A stretch of 64,000 nucleotides of DNA from an uncultured Acidimicrobiia bacterium (GTDB lineage: Bacteria; Actinomycetota; Acidimicrobiia; Acidimicrobiales; AC-14), in contig CAWIIV010000015.1 of the NCBI GenBank assembly GCA_963836205.1, forward strand, positions 64,001 through 128,000, read 5' to 3'. The position numbers and the translations under genes are program-made. The notes beneath the pieces are model-generated. The model saw only the letters and a program-made list of their open reading frames with translations, was not told the DNA's origin and made no database searches. Below, in pieces: positions 9,075-19,034 of this stretch; positions within the stretch are counted from its first letter, which is position 1; every line of letters begins with the position of its first letter.

Positions 9075-10235
9075 ATGGCCCGCAAGCCCACGGTCAACGG
9101 CATGCTCCTGGCCACTGTCCTCCCGCTGCTCGTGGCCACCCTGGTCGGACTGGTGGTGCTCTGGCCGCCTGGCAACGCTGTTCGCCGGCCAACCAACTTC
9201 GGCCCGGTGGCGCAATTGGTCGACGGCACGGTGGTGGCCGACCAGGAGGTGCCCTGCGGGGGTTCGCCGCTGGGGGTCGCCAGCAAGTGCCGGGTGGCCA
9301 CGGTGCGCCTCACCGAAGGACCGGAGAAGGGCCAGACCACCGACCTCGACCTCTTCGAGGGGCCGGGACAGCCCCGGCTCCACACTGGCGACCCGGTGGT
9401 GCTGGGTCGGGCCGACGACCGGAGAGGGGTGGACTACTACTTCTCCGACTTCCAGCGTCGCAGCCCACTGCTGTGGCTGGGACTGCTGTTCGCGGTGGCG
9501 GTGGTTGCCATCGGCCGGATGCGGGGACTGGCCGCCCTCGTCGGGCTCGGCCTGAGCTTCGTCCTGCTCATCTCGTTCGTGCTCCCGGCAGTGCTGGCCG
9601 GCAGCAACCCGCTGCTGGTGGCGATCGTGGGGTCGTCGGCCATCATGTTCGTGCTGATGTACCTGGCCCACGGGTTCAACCCGAAGACCACCACCGCCCT
9701 CCTCGGCACCCTCGTCAGCCTCGCTCTCACCGGGATCCTGGCCGCGGTGTTCGTGGAGGTGGCCCGGGTGGCCGCGGTGAACACCGAGGAGCTGGCCTAC
9801 CTGCAGATCAACGCCTCCCAGGTCAGCCTGAAGGGGATCCTGCTGGGAGGGATCATCATCGGCTCGCTGGGTGTGCTCAACGACGTCACCGTCACCCAGG
9901 CGTCGGCCGTGTGGGCGCTCAAGGATGCCGACCCCACGGCCGGCGCCGGCGCGCTGTACCGGCGGGCGATGCTGATCGGCCGCGACCACATCGCGTCCAC
10001 AGTCGACACCCTCGTGCTGGCCTACGCGGGCGCGGCGCTGCCGCTGCTGCTGCTGTTCACCCTGGCCAGCCGGCCCATCGGCGACGTGGTCACCGGCGGG
10101 CTGGTGGCGCAGGAGATCGTGCGAGCCCTTGTGGGTGGGATCGGGCTGGTGGCGTCGGTGCCCGTCACGACCGGGCTGGCGGCCCTGGTCGCCACCCGCG
10201 GGGCCGGTGGAAAAGGTGGTACCCCGCCCGCCTAG
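9075..10235 (+). CDS. YibE/F family membrane protein
   Basis: FSDFQRR, GIIIGSLGVLNDVTVTQ, IGRDHIASTVDTLVLAYAG. Confidence 0.9.
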   Translation: MARKPTVNGMLLATVLPLLVATLVGLVVLWPPGNAVRRPTNFGPVAQLVDGTVVADQEVPCGGSPLGVASKCRVATVRLTEGPEKGQTTDLDLFEGPGQPRLHTGDPVVLGRADDRRGVDYYFSDFQRRSPLLWLGLLFAVAVVAIGRMRGLAALVGLGLSFVLLISFVLPAVLAGSNPLLVAIVGSSAIMFVLMYLAHGFNPKTTTALLGTLVSLALTGILAAVFVEVARVAAVNTEELAYLQINASQVSLKGILLGGIIIGSLGVLNDVTVTQASAVWALKDADPTAGAGALYRRAMLIGRDHIASTVDTLVLAYAGAALPLLLLFTLASRPIGDVVTGGLVAQEIVRALVGGIGLVASVPVTTGLAALVATRGAGGKGGTPPA

Positions 10236-10238
10236 TCT

Positions 10239-11066
10239 GTGGATATCGCGCCCCGATTTCGCCTTCCGTCGTCCCGGCTGCCCCTGGTCACCCTGGCCGT
10301 GGCGGCCGCGCTCCTCACCGTCCTCACCGGCGCGTCCAACCACCCGCCCTCCGGTGGGGACGGGTCCCGGCAATCGCTGGCGGTGGGGTTGGCCGCCAGC
10401 GAGAAGCCGCCAAAGACGACCACCACGTCCGTCGGAGGCATGAGGCTGCCGGCGACGGCGCCCACCACCACCTCGCCCGCGGTGGAGAGCGTGGTGGGCC
10501 TCGGCCCGGCCGCGGCGGCGGGGGCCGACGGGGCCGGCGTGGCCGACGGGGCCGAGGACGAGCAGATCGACGAGTCGGAGGAGACCGAGGCCGAGGCATC
10601 CGATCCGGCACCGACCCGCACCCGGGCGAGCACGCCCGCGCCCACGTCTCCCCCACCGCCCCCGGAGCCGGTCCCCGTGGGCCTCACCCGCCTCCCCAAC
10701 GTGGAGCTCGAGGTGCTCACCCTCACCAACCTCGACCGGGGTGACAACGGCGTGCCGCCCGTCACCCGAGACGGCTGCATGGACGGCGAGGCCTCGGCGT
10801 GGGCCCACGCCATGGCCGAGTCCAACGTCATGGCCCACAGTGGCAGTGGCGGTCCTGCCGTCCAGGGCTGCCGGGGGGCGAGCGCGGCGTGGGGCGACAA
10901 CATCGGCTACTGGCAGCCCTGCTACGCGTCGGAGATGGAGGCGTGGTGGATGGGCTCCCCCTCTCACCGCCCCCACATCCTCGACCCGTCGTTCTCCGCG
11001 GTGGGCATCGGCGTGTGGGCCGAGCCCGACGGCCGCTGCTGGTTCCAGGTCTACTTCGGGACCTGA
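10239..11066 (+). CDS. CAP (SCP) domain secreted protein
   Basis: TM helix and low-complexity linker, then LTNLDR...MAHS...DNIG...WMGSPSHRPHIL...VGIGV. Confidence 0.85.
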   Translation: MDIAPRFRLPSSRLPLVTLAVAAALLTVLTGASNHPPSGGDGSRQSLAVGLAASEKPPKTTTTSVGGMRLPATAPTTTSPAVESVVGLGPAAAAGADGAGVADGAEDEQIDESEETEAEASDPAPTRTRASTPAPTSPPPPPEPVPVGLTRLPNVELEVLTLTNLDRGDNGVPPVTRDGCMDGEASAWAHAMAESNVMAHSGSGGPAVQGCRGASAAWGDNIGYWQPCYASEMEAWWMGSPSHRPHILDPSFSAVGIGVWAEPDGRCWFQVYFGT

Positions 11067-11070
11067 CCCT

Positions 11071-11541
11071 CTACGCCGCCACCACCACCGTGTCGACGAT
11101 CTTGTCGGCGAACGTCTGGCGCTTCTCGTCCCAGAGCGGCCACAGGTAGCCCAGGCCGCAGAGGGCACCATCGATGAACATGTGGAGCAGGTGGCGGCCG
11201 ATGCTCAGCCCGACACCCGGAGACGCCTGACCGTCGAGGCGCACGAGGCGGATGGCAAGCATCCCCTTGCCGACGGTCTGTCCCGTCTGGCCCTGCCGGA
11301 CCAGGTTCCACACCACGAAGCCGACGGCGGCGAGAACGGTGATGATCGTCATGAACACCCCGAGAGCCTCGGACGTGGTGCCGAGGACGGTACCGATGAT
11401 GATCCCGACCACGACGATGGCGCAGGCGATGAGCGAGTCGACGAGGTAGGCGGCCACCCGTTGGCCCCACGACGCCAGGGGTGGTCCGGTCGGTGCGGTC
11501 CCGCCCGACCACGGATCGGACGACGGTGGATGGTTCGACAT
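11071..11541 (-). CDS. RDD family membrane protein
   Basis: ASWGQRVAAYLVD, GQTVGK, LWDEKRQTFADKIVDT. Confidence 0.9.
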   Translation of the reverse strand: MSNHPPSSDPWSGGTAPTGPPLASWGQRVAAYLVDSLIACAIVVVGIIIGTVLGTTSEALGVFMTIITVLAAVGFVVWNLVRQGQTGQTVGKGMLAIRLVRLDGQASPGVGLSIGRHLLHMFIDGALCGLGYLWPLWDEKRQTFADKIVDTVVVAA

Positions 11542-11638
11542 GTCCCCGCTCCCTTCCTCGACGCCCATCCCGGGCGCTCACCCGAGCGTACGACGCCGGG
11601 CCGGGCCGAGCCCGCGGACCGGGCGTAGCCTCGGGTTG

Positions 11639-12013
11639 ATGCCGACGGCGACCCTCGCCCCCGAACAGGCCCGCCACCTGCGGTTGGCCGGCGGCGTGAT
11701 GCTGGGAGCGGGGCTGGTGCTGACCCGCCTGCCGGCGGGCGTCGGCCTCCCGTGCCCCCTGCGCACCATCACCGGCGTCCCCTGCCCCCTGTGCGGGATG
11801 ACGACCAGCGTCGAGGCCACCCTTGCCGGCAACCTCGGGCAAGCGCTGGCGGCCAACCCGATCGGGATCCTGGCCGTGGTGGTGGCCGTGGTGCTCCTCG
11901 TGTCCCGGCCCGAGACCGTCCGGATTCCGCCCGTGCCGGTGATCGTCGCCGGGCTGGCGGCGATGTGGGCCTTCGAGCTGGCCCGGTTCGGGCTCCTGCC
12001 CGGCTTCGGCTGA
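11639..12013 (+). CDS. DUF2752 domain membrane protein
   Basis: CPLRTITGVPCPLCGMTTS motif. Confidence 0.85.
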   Translation: MPTATLAPEQARHLRLAGGVMLGAGLVLTRLPAGVGLPCPLRTITGVPCPLCGMTTSVEATLAGNLGQALAANPIGILAVVVAVVLLVSRPETVRIPPVPVIVAGLAAMWAFELARFGLLPGFG

Positions 12014-12024
12014 AACGTGGACGG

Positions 12025-13557
12025 CTAGCGCTCGCGGGCGTCCCAGGTGGGGACGAGGCGGCGGGCGGCCCGCACCTCGTCGACCCGTCCCACCGGGGTG
12101 TTGCGGGGGGCGGCGTGGGCCGCGTCCGCCCCCTCCGGCGTGGCGGCCAGCTCGGCGATGCGGAGCAGGGCATCGGCCAGGGCGGCCAGGGTCTGGGGGC
12201 TCTCCGTCTCCGAGGGCTCGATCATGAGCGCCTCCTCGACGATGAGCGGGAAGTACACGGTGGGGGCGTGGAAGCCCTCCTCCAGCAGCCGCTTGGCCAC
12301 GTCGATGGCCTTCACGCCGGTGCGGCGCTTGAGGCCGCCGGCGGAGGCGACGAACTCGTGCATGCACGCCCGGTCGTAGGGCAGGTCGTAGACGCCCCGC
12401 AGCCGGTGGCGGAGCCAGTTGGCGTTGAGCACGGCCGCGTCGGCCACCCGGCGCAGCCCGTCGCCCCCGTTGGCCAGCATGTACGAATGGGCCCGGGCCA
12501 GGGCGAGGGCGTTGCCGTGCCAGCCGTGGACCCGCCCGATCGACCGCGGCGGCAGCTCCCACGTGTAGCGCCCGTCGCTGTCGACGGTGGGACGGGGACC
12601 GGGCAGGTAGGGCGCCAGCGCCTCGGTGACGGCCACCGGCCCCGCCCCCGGTCCACCCCCGCCGTGGGGGACGGCGAACGTCTTGTGCAGGTTGGAGTGG
12701 ACGATGTCGAAGCCCATGTCGCCCGGGCGGGTGATGCCGAGGATGGCGTTGAGGTTGGCCCCGTCGTAGTACACCAACCCACCCACCTGGTGGACGGCGG
12801 TGGCCATCTCCACGATGTCCTCCTCGAACAGGCCGAGGGTGTTGGGGTTGGTGAGCATGATGGCGGCCACGTCGTCGTCGAGGCGCGCCCGGAGGGCGTC
12901 GACGTCGACCAGGCCCCGGGCGTCGGAGGGGACCTGGGTGACCTGGTAGCCGCCCAGGCTGACCGACGCCGGGTTGGTGCCGTGGGCCGAGTCGGGGATG
13001 AGGACCCGGGTGCGGGGTCGGTCGCCGGGATGGTCGCGGTGCCACGCCTTCACCAGGAGCAGGCCGGTGAGCTCGCCGGCCGCCCCCGCCGGCGGCTGGA
13101 GGGTGGCCGCGGCCATGCCCGTGATCTCGCACAGGGCCCGCTCCAGGTCGACCAGCAGCTCCAGCCAGCCCTGGATGTGGGCCACCGGGGCCGCGGGGTG
13201 GACGTTGGCCAGCCCGGGGCGGAAGGCGGTGGCGTCGCAGAGCTTGGGGTTGTACTTCATGGTGCACGACCCGAGGGGATAGGCGCCCAGGTCGACGGAG
13301 TACTGACGATGGGTCAGGCGGGTGAAGTGGGCCACCAGGTCGCGCTCCGACACCTCCGCCACCGCCGCCGGCTCGGCCCGGAGCTGGTCGGACGGCACCA
13401 GCTCCTCCGCCGTCCACGGCGGCACTCCCGTCTCCCGGAACGAGCACGCAACCCGGCCCGGCACCGACAGCTCGAAGATGGTCGGCTCGCCGTCCCGCCC
13501 CATGATGGGGGCGCTCGACGCCCGCCCGCCGGGCGCGGCCCCGGCCCCGGCGGTCAC
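12025..13557 (-). CDS. gcvPB: Glycine dehydrogenase (decarboxylating) subunit 2
   Basis: YPLGSCTMKYNPK, QPPAGAAGE, DSAHGTNPAS, HSNLHKTF (PLP Lys), PHGGGGPG; GTGA overlap with gcvPA. Confidence 0.95.
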   Translation of the reverse strand: MTAGAGAAPGGRASSAPIMGRDGEPTIFELSVPGRVACSFRETGVPPWTAEELVPSDQLRAEPAAVAEVSERDLVAHFTRLTHRQYSVDLGAYPLGSCTMKYNPKLCDATAFRPGLANVHPAAPVAHIQGWLELLVDLERALCEITGMAAATLQPPAGAAGELTGLLLVKAWHRDHPGDRPRTRVLIPDSAHGTNPASVSLGGYQVTQVPSDARGLVDVDALRARLDDDVAAIMLTNPNTLGLFEEDIVEMATAVHQVGGLVYYDGANLNAILGITRPGDMGFDIVHSNLHKTFAVPHGGGGPGAGPVAVTEALAPYLPGPRPTVDSDGRYTWELPPRSIGRVHGWHGNALALARAHSYMLANGGDGLRRVADAAVLNANWLRHRLRGVYDLPYDRACMHEFVASAGGLKRRTGVKAIDVAKRLLEEGFHAPTVYFPLIVEEALMIEPSETESPQTLAALADALLRIAELAATPEGADAAHAAPRNTPVGRVDEVRAARRLVPTWDARER

Positions 13558-14912
13558 CGGATCACCTTGTCGAGGGCGGCGACGTAGCGGTCGATCTGCT
13601 CCCGGGTCCGGCGCTCGGTGACGGCCACCAACAACCCGCGCTCGCCGTACTCGTCGTCCAACGGGACGCCGGCGAGGAAGCCCTCGTCGGCCATGCGCTC
13701 GACCACCTCGTCGGCGTCGACCGGCAGGCGGAGGGCGAACTCGCGCAGCACCGGGGCGCCCACCAGCGGCTCCACACCGTCGACGGCCAGCAGCGCCTCC
13801 CGGGCGTAGCGGGTGCCCCGGGCGCAGCGGACGGCAAGCTCCCGCAGCCCGGCGGTGCCCAGCCAGGCCAGGTGGACGGCGAAGGCCACCGCGATCAGCG
13901 TCTGGTTGGTGCACACGTTCGACGACGCCCGCTCCCGGCGGATGTCCTGCTCCCGGGTGCGCAGGGTGGTCACGTAGGCCCGCCGGCCCTCGACATCGAC
14001 CGTCTCGCCCACGAGGCGGCCGGGCAGCCGCCGCACGTGCTCCATCCGGCAGGCGAACAGGCCCAGGTACGGTCCGCCGAACGACAGCGGCGTGCCGAAG
14101 GGCTGCCCCTCCCCCACCACCACGTCGACGCCGAAGTCGCCCGGCGGCTTCAACAGCCCGAGGGAGACGGGGTCGGCGGCGACGACGACGTGGGCGCCGA
14201 CCGCCCGGGCCGCGGCCACCGCCCCGGCCACGTCCTCCAGGCACCCGAGGTGGTTGGGCTGCTGCAGGATCAGTACGCCGGGCGATTCTCCCCCGTCTCC
14301 GCCGCCGCCGGTCGTCGCCGGCCACGCCGTGCGCCCGTCCTCCAAATCGATCGTCCGCAGCTGGTGCCCGGACCCGGCCGCGAAGGTGGCCATCACGTCC
14401 CGCCAGTGGGGGTGGACCCCCCGCGACACCCACACGCCCGATCGCCCGGTGGCCGCGACCGACAGGTTCACCGCCTCCACGCACGCCGACGCCCCGTCAT
14501 ACAGGGAGGCGTTGGCCACCTCCATCCCCGTCAGCCGGGTGACCAGGGTCTGGTACTCGAAGAGGGCCTGGAGGACTCCCTGGGCCACCTCCGGCTGGTA
14601 CGGCGTGTAGGAGGTGACGAACTCGGACCTGAAGGCGAGGGCGTTGACCACCGACGGGATGTCGTGGTCGTAGGCGCCCGCCCCCGCGAAGCACACCAGG
14701 TCGGGGGCCGCGGGCCGGTTGCGCCCCGCCAACTGGTCGATGCGGTCGAGGACGTCGGGCTCGCTCAGGCCGGGGGCGAGGTCGAGGCCCTGTCCCGAGG
14801 CCAATCGGAGGGCGGCGGGCACGGCGTCGAACAGCTCGTCGATCGACGACAACCCGATCGAGGCCAGCATCTCCGCCATCTCGGCGTCGGTATGGGGGAC
14901 GAAGTGGCCCAT
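13554..14912 (-). CDS. gcvPA: Glycine dehydrogenase (decarboxylating) subunit 1
   Basis: EFVTSYTPYQPEVAQG, ANASLYDG, TREQDIRRERASSNVCTNQ. Confidence 0.95.
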   Translation of the reverse strand: MGHFVPHTDAEMAEMLASIGLSSIDELFDAVPAALRLASGQGLDLAPGLSEPDVLDRIDQLAGRNRPAAPDLVCFAGAGAYDHDIPSVVNALAFRSEFVTSYTPYQPEVAQGVLQALFEYQTLVTRLTGMEVANASLYDGASACVEAVNLSVAATGRSGVWVSRGVHPHWRDVMATFAAGSGHQLRTIDLEDGRTAWPATTGGGGDGGESPGVLILQQPNHLGCLEDVAGAVAAARAVGAHVVVAADPVSLGLLKPPGDFGVDVVVGEGQPFGTPLSFGGPYLGLFACRMEHVRRLPGRLVGETVDVEGRRAYVTTLRTREQDIRRERASSNVCTNQTLIAVAFAVHLAWLGTAGLRELAVRCARGTRYAREALLAVDGVEPLVGAPVLREFALRLPVDADEVVERMADEGFLAGVPLDDEYGERGLLVAVTERRTREQIDRYVAALDKVIR

Positions 14913-14915
14913 GGG

Positions 14916-15986
14916 CTAGCGCTTGTCCTTGCGCACGAAGGGCGGGGTGACCACCCGTCCCGGCAGGAGCTGGCCCCGGGCGTCGACCGTGACCTCCTCG
15001 CCCGGGCGGACGTGGGGGCGGAGGAAGGCGAGGGCGATGCCCCGGCCCAGGGTGGGCGAGAAGTTACCGCTGCTGACCTCGCCCAGGGGACCGTCGCGCC
15101 CGATCACGCCGTAGCCGGCCCGGGGCGGCTGGCGGCCCTCGACCTCGACGCCCATGAGCAGCCGGTCGACCCCCCGATTCCGTTCCGCCTCCAGCGCGTC
15201 GCGGCCCCGGAAGGCACCCTTCCCCCAGGCCACCACCCATCCCAGGTTGGCCTGCAGGGGAGTGATGCCCGGACCCAGCTCGTGGCCGTGGAGGGGCAGG
15301 CCCGCCTCCAGCCGCAGCGTGTCACGGGCGCCCAGGCCGGCGGGGAGGAGGCCGGCGTCGAGGAGGGCATCCCAGAAGGCGGGGGCGTCGGCGCTGGGGA
15401 TTGCCACCTCCACCCCGTCCTCCCCCGTGTAGCCGGTGCCGGCGGAGTAGGCGGCGACGCCCCGCCACGTGAACCGGCGCACGTGGAAGCGGCGGACGTC
15501 GGCCGCTTCGGGGGCGACGTCGGCCAGCCACCGCCGGGACTCCGGCCCCTGGATGGCGATGATCGCCCGGGACGCGGTCACGTCCTCGCCTCCCACCGCC
15601 TCCACCACCCGCTCGGTGTTGGACGCGTTGGGCATGACGTGGAACTCGTCGTCGTCGCTTCCACCACCGCGGACCCACCACACGATGATGTCGTCGACCA
15701 CCGACCCGTCGGCCTCGTCGAGGAGGTGGGTGTACTGGGCCCGGCCGGGGCCGATCCGCCCGAGGTCGTTGGTGAGGGTGCGCTGGAGACGGTCGTAGGC
15801 GTCGGGACCGGCCACCCGCACCGACCCGAGGTGGCTGACGTCGAACACCACCGCCCCCGTGCGGCAGGTGCGGTGCTCGGCCAGGGTCCCCGACGGGTAG
15901 GCGAGGGGCATCTCCCACCCTCCGAAGCCGACCATCTTGGCCCCCAGGTCACGATGGGACTGGTCGAGCGGTGACCGGCGGAGCAT
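14916..15986 (-). CDS. gcvT: Glycine cleavage system aminomethyltransferase T
   Basis: FGGWEMPLAY, FDVSHLG, TGYTGEDGVE, GLGARDTLRLEAG. Confidence 0.95.
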   Translation of the reverse strand: MLRRSPLDQSHRDLGAKMVGFGGWEMPLAYPSGTLAEHRTCRTGAVVFDVSHLGSVRVAGPDAYDRLQRTLTNDLGRIGPGRAQYTHLLDEADGSVVDDIIVWWVRGGGSDDDEFHVMPNASNTERVVEAVGGEDVTASRAIIAIQGPESRRWLADVAPEAADVRRFHVRRFTWRGVAAYSAGTGYTGEDGVEVAIPSADAPAFWDALLDAGLLPAGLGARDTLRLEAGLPLHGHELGPGITPLQANLGWVVAWGKGAFRGRDALEAERNRGVDRLLMGVEVEGRQPPRAGYGVIGRDGPLGEVSSGNFSPTLGRGIALAFLRPHVRPGEEVTVDARGQLLPGRVVTPPFVRKDKR

Positions 15987-16050
15987 CGCCGGAGAGTAAT
16001 GCCGCCGGGCCGGTCCCCGTTCCCCCGACCGCCTGTCGGTACGATGCCCC

Positions 16051-17562
16051 GTGCATGTCCGGCGGCGAGCGGTGGTCGGGACGGTGCTGCTGGCGATGGC
16101 CACGGCCTGCTCCACGACCGATCCGGCGACCATGTCCCGGCTGGAGACGGCGCCCGTGACGACGGCGGTGGCGCCGTCGTTGTCCGAGGTCCTGACCCTC
16201 ACTGCCATCCCGGGAACGACCTCCACGACGGCCACGACCCTCGCCCCGACCACGACCACGACCGTCCCCCCGGCCACCGGGCTGCTCACGTTTCGCGGCA
16301 ACGCCACCCGCACCTTCTACGGGACGGGGCCCATCCCCCGGGCGCCGGCCGTGGCCTGGGAGTTCCCCGACCGCCGGATGTGCTCGTTCTCCACCGTGGG
16401 CCGGGAGACGACGGAGTGGTGCGGCAGCGGGTGGACGGGGCAGCCGGCGGTGCTCGAGCGGGGCGGCCGGACGTGGGTGATCTTCGGCGCCTACGACGGC
16501 GCCATCCACTTCGTCGACGCCGCCACCGGCGCCCGGATCCTCCCCGACTTCAAGACCGGCGACCTGGTCAAGGGGAGCGTGACCGTCGACCCCGACGGCT
16601 ACCCGCTGGTCTACATCGGCTCGCGCGACAACTCCTTCCGGGTGATCGCCATCGACCGGGTGGTGCCCACCGAGCTGTGGCGGCTCGACGCCGACGCCGT
16701 CTCCCCCACCCTGTGGAACGACGACTGGGACGGGTCGGGCCTGGTCGCCGACGGCTACCTGTTCGAGGGCGGCGAGAACGGCCAGTTCCACGCGGTGCAG
16801 CTCAACCGGTCCTACGGCGACGACGGGCGGGTGGCGGTGGCTCCCGTCCTCGCCTTCCACGCCCCCGGCTGGGACGACGAGCTGCTCGACGCCCTGCCCG
16901 ACTACAACGTGTCCATCGAGGGCTCGGTGGCCCTGGCCGGAGGCGTGGCCTGGCTCGCCAACTCGGGCGGGCTGGTGCAGGGCTGGGACGTCTCCGGCCT
17001 GGCCGCGGGCGCCGTCCCCGAGCGGGTCTTCCGGTACTGGATGGGCGACGACGTCGACGCCACCGTCGTGGTCGACGACGAGGGGATGCTCTACGTGGCC
17101 GCCGAGTGGGAGCGGCACACGGCCCGGGCCCGGGTGGTGGGCCAGGTGGTCAAGCTCGACCCGTCCCGGCCCGAGCCGCGGGTGTGGTCGGTCGACGACA
17201 ACATCGGCCAGGGCGTCGACGGGGTGGCCGGCGTGTGGGCCACGCCCGCCCTGTGGCGTGACCTGGTGATCGTGGCCACCAACGGCGGGCGCCTCCTGGG
17301 CATCGACCGGGCCACCGGCCGGGTGCGGTGGACCAAGGTCCTGCCCGACCCGGTGTGGCAGTCACCGGTCGTGGTCGACGGCGTCCTCGTCCAGGGCGAC
17401 TGCCACGGCGTCCTCCACGGCTACGACCTGTCCGACACCGCCGTCGACCCCCCCGAGCTGTGGACCGTCCAGCTCCCCGGCTGCATCGAGTCCACCCCCG
17501 CCGTCTGGAACGGCAGGATCTACGTCGGCACCCGCGAGGGCCACCTGTTCGCCATCGCCTGA
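16051..17562 (+). CDS. PQQ-binding-like beta-propeller lipoprotein
   Basis: Lipobox ATAC, Thr-rich linker, repeated Trp-docking blades (IDRATGRVRW, IESTPAVWNGRIYVG). Confidence 0.8.
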   Translation: MHVRRRAVVGTVLLAMATACSTTDPATMSRLETAPVTTAVAPSLSEVLTLTAIPGTTSTTATTLAPTTTTTVPPATGLLTFRGNATRTFYGTGPIPRAPAVAWEFPDRRMCSFSTVGRETTEWCGSGWTGQPAVLERGGRTWVIFGAYDGAIHFVDAATGARILPDFKTGDLVKGSVTVDPDGYPLVYIGSRDNSFRVIAIDRVVPTELWRLDADAVSPTLWNDDWDGSGLVADGYLFEGGENGQFHAVQLNRSYGDDGRVAVAPVLAFHAPGWDDELLDALPDYNVSIEGSVALAGGVAWLANSGGLVQGWDVSGLAAGAVPERVFRYWMGDDVDATVVVDDEGMLYVAAEWERHTARARVVGQVVKLDPSRPEPRVWSVDDNIGQGVDGVAGVWATPALWRDLVIVATNGGRLLGIDRATGRVRWTKVLPDPVWQSPVVVDGVLVQGDCHGVLHGYDLSDTAVDPPELWTVQLPGCIESTPAVWNGRIYVGTREGHLFAIA

Positions 17563-17569
17563 CCGCCGC

Positions 17570-17679
17570 AACTGGTGACAGATCCGGTTGCCCTGGCCAC
17601 CAAATGCGTCACCAGTTCGTCCACCCCACCCAACCGGTGACACATCCGGTTGCCCCGGCCACCAAATGCGTCACCGGTT
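17570..17679. repeat. Two tandem 48-bp REP-like palindromes
   Basis: AAC(T/C)GGTGAC-N28-GTCACC(A/G)GTT at 17570-17617 and 17632-17679, between convergent genes. Confidence 0.85.
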
Positions 17680-17691
17680 CGGTGGGGGGCC

Positions 17692-18966
17692 TCACGTGAC
17701 GTACGGCACCGGGTTCACGGGGACGCCGTCGATGCGGACCTCGAAGTGCAGGTGGGGGCCGGTGCAGGTGCCGGTGCAGCCCACCCGGCCGATCACCTGG
17801 CCCCGGCTCACCCGTTCGCCCGCCGACACCGCCAGCTGGCTCTGGTGGCCGTAGAGGGTCGCGATCCCCCCGCCGTGGTCGATGATGGTGGCGTTCCCGT
17901 AGCCACCGAGCCAGCCCGCGCTCACCACCACCCCGTCGTCGGCCGCGTGGATGGCGTCGCCCGACTCGCCCCCGATGTCGACCCCCGTGTGGATGCGCAC
18001 GTTGCCGAAGACGGGGTGCACCCGGGGACCGAACGGCGAGCCGAAGGAGGCGCCCGGGTAGGGATCGGCCAGCTGACCGCCGCCGGCCGCGGCCGACGCC
18101 TCCGACGCGGTCGACGCCGCGTCGAGGCCCCGCCGGGCCCGGAGCGCCTCGGTGACGGCTTCGGACTGCGCCGCCAGGTCGGCCAGCTCGGTGTCGAACT
18201 CGGCCTTGTGGGCGTGGGCCTCCTCGAACAGCCGGTCGCGCTCCGCCACCTGGGCCTCGGCCTCGGCCAGCAGCCCCACGCTCACCCGCTGGCCGTCGGC
18301 CAGGCCGGCGGCGTCGGCGTCCGCCCCCGACTGCTTCTTGTTCATCTCCCGCCGCACCCCGTCGAGCTCCTCCAGCAGGTCGGCCTGCTCGTCCCGCAGC
18401 CGCTCCTCCTCGGCGAGGGTCTCGGCCTGGCTGCTGCCCAGGAAGTGGACGTAGGACCGGCGGGCGGCGAGGGCGCCGATGTCGTCGGCGAAGAGCAGCG
18501 ACGAGGCGTAACCCAGCGCGCTCGACCGCCCGGTGTAGGCGTCGATCGCCAGCTGCCGGCGGTGGGCCCGGGCCTCGTCGAGCTGGCGGACGGCGGCGTC
18601 GAGCTTGTGCTGGATGGTCCACTGCCGGGCCTGGAGGGCACCCAGGTGGTCCTGGGCCGCGTTGAGCTCGCTCTGGAGCTCCTCCACCTCCTCGTTGACG
18701 CCGGCCGCCTCCGACTCGATCTCCTTGCGGCGGGCCTCGGCCGCCTCGATCAGCTCCAGCAGGCGGGCCTCGCTGGCCGAGGCCAGGTCGCCGGCGCCGG
18801 ACGTGATGTCCGTCGCCTGGCGACCGGCCCCGGCGCCGGCCACAGCCCCCGCGGGGGTCCCCCCGGTCGCACCCGTGAGGCTGAGGCAGGCCAGGAGGAG
18901 CAGGACGCCTGTGCGTCGCGCCCCATGTCCCGCGGCCCCGCCAGCCACAGAAGGAACACCAGCCAC
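17692..18966 (-). CDS. M23 family peptidase with coiled coil (murein hydrolase activator EnvC-like)
   Basis: Signal peptide, long coiled coil, HTGVDI...YGH...GPHLHFEVR; start uncertain (18966 or 18975). Confidence 0.88.
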   Translation of the reverse strand: MAGVPSVAGGAAGHGARRTGVLLLLACLSLTGATGGTPAGAVAGAGAGRQATDITSGAGDLASASEARLLELIEAAEARRKEIESEAAGVNEEVEELQSELNAAQDHLGALQARQWTIQHKLDAAVRQLDEARAHRRQLAIDAYTGRSSALGYASSLLFADDIGALAARRSYVHFLGSSQAETLAEEERLRDEQADLLEELDGVRREMNKKQSGADADAAGLADGQRVSVGLLAEAEAQVAERDRLFEEAHAHKAEFDTELADLAAQSEAVTEALRARRGLDAASTASEASAAAGGGQLADPYPGASFGSPFGPRVHPVFGNVRIHTGVDIGGESGDAIHAADDGVVVSAGWLGGYGNATIIDHGGGIATLYGHQSQLAVSAGERVSRGQVIGRVGCTGTCTGPHLHFEVRIDGVPVNPVPYVT

Positions 18967-18987
18967 ACCAGCCACAGTATGCGGGCG

Positions 18988-19028
18988 TTATCCACAGGGA
19001 CAACTCCGTCGTCCACAGTGTGCCCACA
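18988..19028 (+). promoter_or_regulatory. DnaA-box cluster
   Basis: Perfect TTATCCACA at 18988-18996; degenerate TCGTCCACA at 19009-19017 and GTGCCCACA at 19020-19028. Confidence 0.5.
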
Positions 19029-19034
19029 GAGGTT

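Noticed and set aside
15987-16050. Glycine riboswitch upstream of gcvT
   Set aside because: The gap is only about 64 bp and contains divergent leaderless-type -10 elements; there is no room for an aptamer.
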